From a virus: a stretch of 41,186 bases of DNA. The position numbers and the translations under genes are program-made. The stretch is taken from IMG/VR virus record IMGVR_UViG_3300045988_168338. One strand, written 5' to 3'. Of this stretch, positions 1 through 6,682 are shown piece after piece (the stretch's first letter is position 1; every line of letters starts with the position of its first letter). Under the pieces are notes generated by a model. The model did not search any database. It was not told the origin of the DNA and saw nothing but the letters and a program-made list of their open reading frames with translations.

Positions 1-119
1 AGATCGCCGAACAGCAGACGCGCATCGTGGAACTGGAGCCGAAAGCGCGGTTCGCGGACGCCGTGGCCGCGTCCGACGGCACGTGCCTGGTCGGCGAGCT
101 CGCGAAGATGCTCCGGCAA
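1..119. repeat. Terminal direct repeat (identical to 41068-41186), the signature of a circularly closed contig
   Basis: The first 119 nt (agatcgccgaacagcag...ctccggcaa) reappear exactly as the last 119 nt of the window. Confidence 0.95.
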
Positions 120-380
120 AACGGGATGGACATCGGCCAGAACAGACTGTTCCGCCTCCTGCAGGCTGACGGGTATCTCGGCAAGTCCGGTTCGAATCGC
201 AACGTGCCGACACAGCGTGCGATGGACCTCGGCCTGTTCCGTATCAAGGAGACCACCGTCACCCATGCGGACGGGCATACCACGGTCAGCCGCACTCCGA
301 AGGTAACCGGCAAGGGGCAGCGCTACTTCATCGACCGGTACTGGGGTCGCACCCAGCCGACGTTGGAAGCGGGTGCGTGA
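1..380 (+). CDS. Phage antirepressor, C-terminal KilAC/ANT-type part (continues 40665..41186 across the junction)
   Basis: The frame of ORF 27..380 is in phase with the ORF starting at 40665 once 1-119 is overlaid on 41068-41186. The tail reads ...NRNVPTQRAMDLGLFRIKE...VTGKGQRYF. Stop TGA 378-380. Confidence 0.85.
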   Translation, partial: IAEQQTRIVELEPKARFADAVAASDGTCLVGELAKMLRQNGMDIGQNRLFRLLQADGYLGKSGSNRNVPTQRAMDLGLFRIKETTVTHADGHTTVSRTPKVTGKGQRYFIDRYWGRTQPTLEAGA

Positions 381-904
381 TGGAAAACCTCAGCATCGAG
401 ATTCCTGACGAGGAATGCGTCAAGTTATTCCGCTACGAGGATGGCGACGGTGTCGCGGCGTATCTTCTGTTGTTCCCGGAACACGACATGAAAGCGGTCA
501 AGCCGCGTATCGATGCGCAGCTTGACCACGAGATGGCGATGTCAGTAAATGCGTCCAACGCTCTGTTTGGGGGCGTCGTCGATCGCCCACCACAGCGCGT
601 TGGACGGGTTGATGTGGATGGTGTCCGAGCTGGTGCCCTTGACGGATCCTTTGACGGTAACGACCGTACCGTTCCTGGCCGCTTCCATCAGATCCTCCTC
701 AAGGCTCGCTCGATCCTGTCCCTCGGCAAGCTTCACATGGACCGGTTCGCCGGTTCCTGTGTCGAGCGTGAGTCTGTCACTCATAATTCTTCTCCTAACT
801 GTTCGGCCCGCACGTCGGAAATGCGGGGTGACGCCGTTTTTAGGAGGGGGCCGGGCGGTTCTCCTAACGCCGCCCGGCATCACACACGCAAAGGAGGCGC
901 GTGA
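380..904 (+). CDS. Hypothetical protein, probably 3'-disrupted (only about 380-541 looks coding)
   Basis: ATG 380 overlaps the upstream stop (TGATG). Third-position GC is high only for the first ~54 codons. The rest is the exact codon-antisense of 542..784 and translates to R/G-rich sequence. Confidence 0.3.
   Translation: MENLSIEIPDEECVKLFRYEDGDGVAAYLLLFPEHDMKAVKPRIDAQLDHEMAMSVNASNALFGGVVDRPPQRVGRVDVDGVRAGALDGSFDGNDRTVPGRFHQILLKARSILSLGKLHMDRFAGSCVERESVTHNSSPNCSARTSEMRGDAVFRRGPGGSPNAARHHTRKGGA
542..784 (-). CDS. Hypothetical 80-aa protein
   Basis: ATG at 784 lies 7 nt after AGGAGA (rc of 791-796). The composition is balanced (MSDRLTLDTGTGEPVHVKLAEGQ...). Third-position GC is higher than in the overlapping + frame. 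Confidence 0.6.
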   Translation of the reverse strand: MSDRLTLDTGTGEPVHVKLAEGQDRASLEEDLMEAARNGTVVTVKGSVKGTSSDTIHINPSNALWWAIDDAPKQSVGRIY

Positions 905-906
905 TG
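789..906. repeat. 118-bp bidirectional control cassette, copy 1
   Basis: 112/118 identical to 1789-1906 with no indels. Carries the SD and start for both flanking genes, two hairpins (807-827, 851-877) and a 27-codon uORF (821-904). Confidence 0.9.
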
Positions 907-1167
907 ATTGTTGCAACCAAGCCAAGCGCTCTTAGCGTGGTGGCGTCCGTCATCTGCGCGATATCCGGAATCTGGATGTTTGCCTGTGGACTCAAATCTC
1001 TGAATCAATTCCAGATTCTTCTTGGCTGCTCCCTTCTGCTCAACGGATTGCAGATTGGCGCTAGATGGGTGATGCTGCGGGAACTGAACAGGAACTACCT
1101 GCTCATGCGCCGATCTGTGCTATGTACGGAACCGCCGCGAGAGCAAGAGCGGGAATCTGAACGATGA
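904..1167 (+). CDS. Small hydrophobic protein (two predicted TM segments)
   Basis: AGGAGG (892-897) then N6 then ATG 904, supplied by the repeat. Hydrophobic stretches ALSVVASVICAISGIWMFACGL and ILLGCSLLLNGL. Lower local GC. The 3' end overlaps convergent gene 1103..1783 by 65 nt. Confidence 0.35.
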   Translation: MIVATKPSALSVVASVICAISGIWMFACGLKSLNQFQILLGCSLLLNGLQIGARWVMLRELNRNYLLMRRSVLCTEPPREQERESER

Positions 1168-1783
1168 AATCAGCGAACATCCCACCCATGTATTTCTCCT
1201 TGATCTTCTGCCAGCGGGATTGGTCCTTGGCGTGCGATTCGGCGATGTACAAGGCTCCAAGCAGACGCTGCATGGCGTCATTGAGCTCGAACGAGCCGCA
1301 GCTCTCCCAATCGTTGACGCATCGGCGAACCTCGGTCGTGAGATTAAGCACATACGACTTCAACGCCGCCGGCATGCTCGCATCCTCTTTCAGGCACTGC
1401 TCGATTTCAGAAAGGAAGCCGGAGATGTTCTCCCTGTTCTTGTCCTCCATCCGCACATCCAGCTCTACCCACCTGTCGGCGATGGTCTGCAAAGCCAGAA
1501 CCGCCGCGGCATCCAACCTATCGGTCGCACCGGCCAACGTGCTGAAGTTCCGACGATGTCCGTCCATGGCATCGTCGGAGAATGATTCCCACAAGGCTTT
1601 CCAAATACCGGGCATCTGTGATTTCGCCATGTCGAGACGTTTCACGCCACGGGCGATCAGCGTATCAAGTGTTCTTTCGGTGCTGCACATGGCCGTGTAT
1701 GCGGGCAGCACGTCCTTCCGGAATCCGTCGGGCTGCTGCTCGACCTCAAAAAACTGCAGTAGGTATTCGGCTGCATTCGACAT
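1103..1783 (-). CDS. Hypothetical 226-aa helical protein with a C-terminal hydrophobic anchor
   Basis: ATG 1783 lies 7 nt after AGGAGA (rc of 1791-1796), the same context as 784. The C-terminus reads FADFIVQIPALALAAVPYIAQIGA. Confidence 0.7.
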   Translation of the reverse strand: MSNAAEYLLQFFEVEQQPDGFRKDVLPAYTAMCSTERTLDTLIARGVKRLDMAKSQMPGIWKALWESFSDDAMDGHRRNFSTLAGATDRLDAAAVLALQTIADRWVELDVRMEDKNRENISGFLSEIEQCLKEDASMPAALKSYVLNLTTEVRRCVNDWESCGSFELNDAMQRLLGALYIAESHAKDQSRWQKIKEKYMGGMFADFIVQIPALALAAVPYIAQIGA

Positions 1784-1788
1784 TGATG

Positions 1789-1906
1789 CTTCTCCTAACT
1801 GTTCGGCCCGCACGTCGCAAATGCGGGATGACACCGATTTTAGGAGAGGACCGGGCGGTTCTCCTAACGCCGCCCGGCATCACACACGCAAAGGAGGCGC
1901 GTGATG
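1789..1906. repeat. 118-bp bidirectional control cassette, copy 2
   Basis: Offset exactly 1000 bp from copy 1. The last 56 bp are identical. All 6 substitutions fall outside the two stems. Confidence 0.9.
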
Positions 1907-2137
1907 GTCCCGCAATACGAGCTCAAGGACGCGAGCCGTATCCCGTTGAAGGACAGGCTCGCATGGACGATCCCGCAGGCCGCGAGCCTGTACGGGATCG
2001 ACTACGACGGTCTGCGACAGGCTGTCAACCAGGGCGACATAGACACGTTTCGTCCGCCAAGCAAACGAGGAACGCCTTCCCGCCGTCACATCAGACGCGA
2101 GGAAATGGACCGATACGTCAAATCGTTGGAGGAGTAA
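1904..2137 (+). CDS. Excisionase/MerR-like helix-turn-helix protein
   Basis: LAWTIPQAASLYGIDYDGLRQAVNQGDIDTF...HIRREEMDRYV matches the Xis-type HTH pattern. SD AGGAGG then N6 then ATG. Confidence 0.7.
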   Translation: MVPQYELKDASRIPLKDRLAWTIPQAASLYGIDYDGLRQAVNQGDIDTFRPPSKRGTPSRRHIRREEMDRYVKSLEE

Positions 2138-2165
2138 GCATGAACGACATTCGCAAGGAGCTGTG

Positions 2166-2381
2166 ATGGCACTCAGGAGAATCGACGCGGAAACGCCGCT
2201 GATGCCACCCGCACCGCCGAGGGACACGGTGATCATGTTCGGCTTGACCGGCTACGCGATTCGCGTCACGGGCAAGGGCGCCAGCCTCATGGAGCTCGAC
2301 GTCGACGGAAGCCACGAGCTGGCGAGCATCGGAAAAGACCAGGCAAGGACATTCATTCAAAGCATAGGAGGCGCAAGATGA
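2166..2381 (+). CDS. Hypothetical protein
   Basis: AAGGAG 6 nt upstream of ATG 2166. The stop overlaps the next start (ATGA). Confidence 0.55.
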   Translation: MALRRIDAETPLMPPAPPRDTVIMFGLTGYAIRVTGKGASLMELDVDGSHELASIGKDQARTFIQSIGGAR

Positions 2382-2617
2382 CCGACAACGACTATCGCAT
2401 CGAGGACGGGTCCGAAAAGGGGAGGCCGAACTACACGCTGCGTCGTGTGAAGTTCGCGGCCGCCGTGGTCGGCCTGGTCGTGAGCGTGACGCTCATGCTC
2501 ACCTGGCATGGCGGCGGTCTGACGGGCGCGCTTGTGGTGGAGGGCGTGTATCTGGCCACGGCCCTGTGGCTGACGGTCAGGTTCGCTCCGCGCGATGACG
2601 TGGATGGCGACGTCTGA
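2378..2617 (+). CDS. Small membrane protein (2 TM)
   Basis: SD TAGGAGG upstream. Hydrophobic stretches FAAAVVGLVVSVTLMLTW and GALVVEGVYLATALWLTV. Confidence 0.6.
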   Translation: MTDNDYRIEDGSEKGRPNYTLRRVKFAAAVVGLVVSVTLMLTWHGGGLTGALVVEGVYLATALWLTVRFAPRDDVDGDV

Positions 2618-2625
2618 CCGTATCC

Positions 2626-2739
2626 GCCGGCGTACAAGGACGCGGACGGATGGCGGAGGCGTGTGTCCTTTCATCTCACATTGCATTTCACTCTCACGTC
2701 TTCCGCCGTCCGCTGCGGGTTCGAATCCCGCCGCCGGCG
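2626..2739 (+). ncRNA. tRNA-like structured element (acceptor stem plus canonical T-arm, no D or anticodon arm)
   Basis: GCCGGCG (2626-2632) pairs perfectly with CGCCGGC (2732-2738). T-arm is GCGGG-TTCGAAT-CCCGC (2715-2731). U8/A9-like TA at 2633-2634. A long bulged helix joins 2642-2663 to 2695-2713. No encoded CCA. Confidence 0.4.
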
Positions 2740-2845
2740 CTTGGCCGGACCGTCAACGCCGCCCGCATCCCCGTTTCGTTCAGCTTTCCTGGGGTGTGGG
2801 AACGATGGGCGCGATTACTTGCTGTCATGGCGCCCAGCGGTCCGG

Positions 2846-2875
2846 CTCATATCAATCAATCTCATATCAATCAAG
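2846..2875. repeat. Tandem 15-bp AT-rich repeat upstream of the SSB operon
   Basis: CTCATATCAATCAAT followed by CTCATATCAATCAAG, just 5' of the SD GGGAGGAG (2881-2888). Confidence 0.85.
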
Positions 2876-2891
2876 GTCAAGGGAGGAGCCG

Positions 2892-3236
2892 ATGAAGGAG
2901 ATTCTGCCGCATTGGCATTTCAGTCCGAACTCTCCGGTCAAGGACGTCGACGAGAAGAGGGTGACGCGTGGCGACCGGGCCGTCGCAGAGGCGTGCCGTC
3001 GTGCGATGGAGAGCGAGACGTGGAAGGAGCTGGTGATCCTCGAATCGTTGGGCGTGCGCTTCACCGAACTGGTGGGCCGGTTCGTGTCCGAGGTCGCGTC
3101 TCCCGTGTTGGAGGCGATGCCTGGCGACGCTTTCCATCAGGGAGTGGCCGCGCAGTTGACGCACATGGTGAAGACCAGGGATGGTGGCGAGACCATCCGC
3201 ATCATCAAGACTCTCGCCGTGAAAGGTAGGTTCTGA
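2892..3236 (+). CDS. Hypothetical protein
   Basis: SD GGGAGGAG then ATG 2892. The stop TGA overlaps the ssb ATG at 3236 (TGATG). Confidence 0.7.
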   Translation: MKEILPHWHFSPNSPVKDVDEKRVTRGDRAVAEACRRAMESETWKELVILESLGVRFTELVGRFVSEVASPVLEAMPGDAFHQGVAAQLTHMVKTRDGGETIRIIKTLAVKGRF

Positions 3237-3766
3237 TGGCTGGTGAGACGATCATCGCGGTGGTGGGCAATCTGACCGCGGATCCTGAGTTGAGGTCGAC
3301 GAAGAACGGCAGGAGCGTGGCTGGTTTCACGATCGCGTCCACTCCGCGCACGTTCGACCGGCAGTCGAATCAGTGGGTCGACGGGGACGCGTTGTTCCTT
3401 CGTTGCACGGTGTGGGGTGATCTGGCGGAGCATTGCGCCAGTAGTCTCGCGAAGGGCATGCGTGTGGTCGCCCAGGGCAGGCTTACGCAGCATTCGTGGG
3501 AGGACGAGCAGCATCAGCAGCGTTCCTCCGTGGAATTGCAGGTGGATGAGATCGGCCCTTCCCTGCGGTATGCGACGGCGCAGGTGGCCAAGGCGCAGCG
3601 GGGTACGGCTGGAGCGTATGGGAATCCGTACTCCGCTCCGGCCGGCTATACGGGCGGGGCGGCCGCTGCGGATTCGTTGCCGACGTCCGACCCGTGGGGC
3701 ACCGACCAGGCCACGTCTTCCTCGTCGTTCGGCTCGTTCGGACAGCCTGCCGAACCGGAATTTTAG
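3236..3766 (+). CDS. ssb: Single-stranded DNA-binding protein
   Basis: OB-fold signature VVGNLTADPELRSTKNGRSVAGFTIAS...LFLRCTVWGDLAE, then a Gly/Ala/Pro-rich linker and an acidic tail ending ...AEPEF. Confidence 0.9.
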   Translation: MAGETIIAVVGNLTADPELRSTKNGRSVAGFTIASTPRTFDRQSNQWVDGDALFLRCTVWGDLAEHCASSLAKGMRVVAQGRLTQHSWEDEQHQQRSSVELQVDEIGPSLRYATAQVAKAQRGTAGAYGNPYSAPAGYTGGAAAADSLPTSDPWGTDQATSSSSFGSFGQPAEPEF

Positions 3767-3784
3767 AAAACCAAAGGATGAATC

Positions 3785-5182
3785 ATGGGCATCACGATAG
3801 AGAATCTGCAGGTCGACGACCTGCACGCCAATCCAAACAATCCGCGCAAGCAGGTCGGCGACATCGACGAACTGGCGTCGAGCATCCGAAGCCAGGGCAT
3901 CAAACAGCCTTTATTGGTCACGCCGAACGGCGAGACGGACATCGACGGACACAAACAGTACCGCGTCGTCATCGGCCATCGCAGGCTCGCCGCGGCCAGA
4001 CAGTCGGGACTCTCGACCGTGCCCGCGATCGTCGAGGAGATGGACGCGCGCCGCGAACGCGAGATCATGCTCGTGGAGAACACGCAACGCTCCGACCTGA
4101 CTCCGATAGAGGAGGCCGACGGCTACCAAGGGCTTCTCGACCTGGGCGTGGGCGTCAAGGAGATGGCCGAGAAGACGGGACGCAGCGACCGTTTCGTCCG
4201 CAGACGGTTGAAGATAGCCAGAATCCCGCAGGAGACGCGCGACATGTCCGCCGATTTCAGCCAACTGTCGCTCGACCAGTTGGACAAGCTCGCCGAATTC
4301 GAATCCGACCCCGACATGCAACGCGAGCTCGCACGGTCCACAGACTTCGAATGGACGTACCGAACGCTCGTCAGCGAACGCGACAAGACGAAATGGCACG
4401 ACAAGGCGCTGAAGGCGCTCGCCAAAGCCGGAATCAAAGTCGAAAGCTTCCCCGACGGGAAAAACTTCTGGAACTGGCATCCGCACGGCTACAAGGCCGC
4501 CCACTCGTTCTCCGACATCAACTCGGACTTCTGGACCTCGTTCACCGGGGAATCCGACTGGCCGGAAGCCAGAGTGTACTCGTATGAATACTGGTTCTGC
4601 ACATACACGCCCATATCGGCCGACGAGCTCGAAAAAGACAAGGCCAAGACCGACAAGGACAATGCCATCAAGGCGCGAGGCAGGGAACTCAACCGACAGG
4701 CCCGCGAATTCGAAGCGATCGCCAAAGCCAACCGCACCGCATGGCTGAAAGGCAACCTCCATACGCTCACTCACGAACACGCGGAAACGGGAATATGCCG
4801 GCTCGCGCTCGCGGACACTGTCGGCTGGAGGAGCGTGTTCCCGTACCAGTCATACAAGGGCGAGGAAGTCATCAGGGAGCTGATCGCGTTCGGCTGGAGC
4901 CTGCCGATCACCGAGCATGACGACGAGCACTGGTCGCTGGAATGCAAGGAGAACCTCGACTCGATCCGCATGGTGCTGAAGGACAGGCCGCTTCGGATTC
5001 TCGATGTCCTGGCCGCCCGATGGGAGTCGAACATCGGCTGGAACTACTGGCGCTCGCGGCATGGCGTGGACGATATGTGTTGCTGGTACGACGTGCTGGA
5101 ACGTATCGGATATCGGGTCAGCGAGGACGAGAGGAAGGCGCTCAAGGGCGCGTACCTCGATGGAGGAGATGACGAATCATGA
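3785..5182 (+). CDS. ParB-like nuclease domain protein
   Basis: The N-terminus carries the ParB/Srx motifs: HANPNNPRK, IKQPLLV, VVIGHRRLAAA, VENTQRSDLTPIEEA. Confidence 0.85.
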   Translation: MGITIENLQVDDLHANPNNPRKQVGDIDELASSIRSQGIKQPLLVTPNGETDIDGHKQYRVVIGHRRLAAARQSGLSTVPAIVEEMDARREREIMLVENTQRSDLTPIEEADGYQGLLDLGVGVKEMAEKTGRSDRFVRRRLKIARIPQETRDMSADFSQLSLDQLDKLAEFESDPDMQRELARSTDFEWTYRTLVSERDKTKWHDKALKALAKAGIKVESFPDGKNFWNWHPHGYKAAHSFSDINSDFWTSFTGESDWPEARVYSYEYWFCTYTPISADELEKDKAKTDKDNAIKARGRELNRQAREFEAIAKANRTAWLKGNLHTLTHEHAETGICRLALADTVGWRSVFPYQSYKGEEVIRELIAFGWSLPITEHDDEHWSLECKENLDSIRMVLKDRPLRILDVLAARWESNIGWNYWRSRHGVDDMCCWYDVLERIGYRVSEDERKALKGAYLDGGDDES

Positions 5183-6093
5183 GCATGAAGGCATTGGAGT
5201 GGGCCATGTACTACGTGCCCGCCGAAATGGTCAAAGGAGCTTTGCTGCGCATCCTGCTCCTGCTTGCCGACCACGCTGACACGCAGGGCAAGGGAGCTTT
5301 CCCGAGCCAGAAGCGCATCGTGGCCTTGACAGGATACAGCCGTCGCACCATCCAGAACGGCCTGCACGATCTGGAGACGGCCGGACTGATTCGCAGGGGA
5401 GACCAGCGGATCACCGAGCATCTCGGGAAATACCGTCCGATCGTCTGGGACCTCACGATGAAGGATTTCAGGGGCGCAAAAACTACGCCTCTGGAACAGC
5501 AGCCGCAAGAGGCGCAGACCACTGCGCCCCTAAACAAGTTGGAGGGGCGCAATCAGGGGCGCAAAAAAACGTCTCTAGGGGCGCAATCAGGGGCGCAACA
5601 TGACTGCGCACAGAACCTATATAAGGAAGAACCATATATAGAACCTAGAGAGAGTAACGCGCGCGCGAGAAAACCAATCCCAATACCAGCCGACTGGAAA
5701 CCCTCTGAAGAACACCGGGCGCTCGCCGACCGGCTCGGCATCGACTGCGACATCGAAGCCGACAAATTCCGCGACCGCGCACTCGACTCGGGAGCCCGCT
5801 CGGCCGACTGGAACGCGAAATACCGCAACTGGCTCGTCAAAGGCAAGGAACGCGGATTCGCCACACCAAAAGATTCCAACGCTCGCCGACGGTATACGTG
5901 GGGCAGCGAAGAGGTCAAACGCGTGCTCGGCCCGATAGCCTGCGAAGGCACGGACACGTACATGGAGCTCGCATGCAAGGTCGCCGACCTGCTCAACCAG
6001 GGCTTGGACCCGGACATGCTGCGCCGTCAGCTCGCAAACGTGCCCGACAACGTATTGGCCGAACAATTGTTCGAACAGGAGGCGGCGGCATGA
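5179..6093 (+). CDS. Replication initiator-like winged-helix protein (origin embedded in its gene)
   Basis: N-terminal wHTH (LLLLADHADTQGKGAFPSQKRIVALTGYSRRTIQNGLHDLETAGLIRR). C-terminal IPADWKPSEEH...DKFRD...DWNAKYRNWL motif typical of phage replication proteins. Iterons lie in the linker region. Confidence 0.7.
   Translation: MSMKALEWAMYYVPAEMVKGALLRILLLLADHADTQGKGAFPSQKRIVALTGYSRRTIQNGLHDLETAGLIRRGDQRITEHLGKYRPIVWDLTMKDFRGAKTTPLEQQPQEAQTTAPLNKLEGRNQGRKKTSLGAQSGAQHDCAQNLYKEEPYIEPRESNARARKPIPIPADWKPSEEHRALADRLGIDCDIEADKFRDRALDSGARSADWNAKYRNWLVKGKERGFATPKDSNARRRYTWGSEEVKRVLGPIACEGTDTYMELACKVADLLNQGLDPDMLRRQLANVPDNVLAEQLFEQEAAA
5471..5650. repeat. Putative origin of replication: five GGGGCGCAA iterons plus an AT-rich block
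   Basis: Iterons at 5471, 5544, 5556, 5578 and 5590, with one inverted TGCGCCCC at 5523. Followed by cagaacctatataaggaagaaccatatatagaacctagagagag (5611-5654). Confidence 0.6.
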
Positions 6094-6281
6094 ACGACAT
6101 GACCATCGCACACATGGCCGCCATCCTCACCTCGGCCATCCAGGCCGCCGACCGATTGGAACTCGACGCGCTCAAAAGCCCGGCGCTCGCCGATATGGGC
6201 CTTGACCGCATCCGCGATATCAAACTCGACTGCTCGACCTGCATCAACCTGCTCGACCAGCTTGGAAGGGAGCGACGATGA
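6090..6281 (+). CDS. Hypothetical 63-aa protein
   Basis: ATGA overlap with the upstream stop. SD AGGAGG upstream. Confidence 0.6.
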   Translation: MNDMTIAHMAAILTSAIQAADRLELDALKSPALADMGLDRIRDIKLDCSTCINLLDQLGRERR

Positions 6282-6682
6282 GCGACCGGCAATTCCAGGA
6301 ATCGAAACGCATCGCCTTGCAACGTCAGGGCTGGCATTGCCTGCGCTGCGGGACGAACATCCACGACCCGTCACTATGGCCTGGACGCAGTGGCCATCAC
6401 CGGCAGTTGCGCCGTCGTGCCGATCCCGCCGTGCGTGACCTGCCGTGCAACATCGTCGAACTGTGCGGTTCCGGCACGACCGGCTGTCATGGTTGGGCGC
6501 ACGCGCATCCGGCCGAAGCGGAACGGTTCGGCTACATCATCCCGAGCTGGCGGGATCCGCTCAGCGTGCCGATACGCGACTGGAACGGCGACTGGTGGTG
6601 GCTGCTGTCTGACGGCACGGCACAACGGCTCACACAAATCGAAATCATCGAATGGCAAAGCGATTGGAAGGAACAATCATGA
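6278..6682 (+). CDS. HNH-type endonuclease-like protein
   Basis: Cys/His pattern: CLRCG...HHRQLRRR...NIVELCGSGTTGCHGWAH. Confidence 0.65.
   Translation: MSDRQFQESKRIALQRQGWHCLRCGTNIHDPSLWPGRSGHHRQLRRRADPAVRDLPCNIVELCGSGTTGCHGWAHAHPAEAERFGYIIPSWRDPLSVPIRDWNGDWWWLLSDGTAQRLTQIEIIEWQSDWKEQS

Noticed and set aside
789-1906. Treating the exact 1000-bp offset of the two cassette copies as evidence of an artificial or engineered insertion
   Set aside because: The copies differ at six positions and the intervening genes look natural (host-like codon bias, overlapping convergent ends). A round-number spacing alone is not evidence, so it is noted only as an observation.
2626-2739. Annotating the tRNA-like element as a genuine tRNA gene or as the attP core
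   Set aside because: At 114 nt it has no D-arm or anticodon stem-loop, so it cannot be a decoding tRNA. It lies about 9 kb from the integrase, inside the early operon, so it is unlikely to be attP. It is kept only as a tRNA-like structure.
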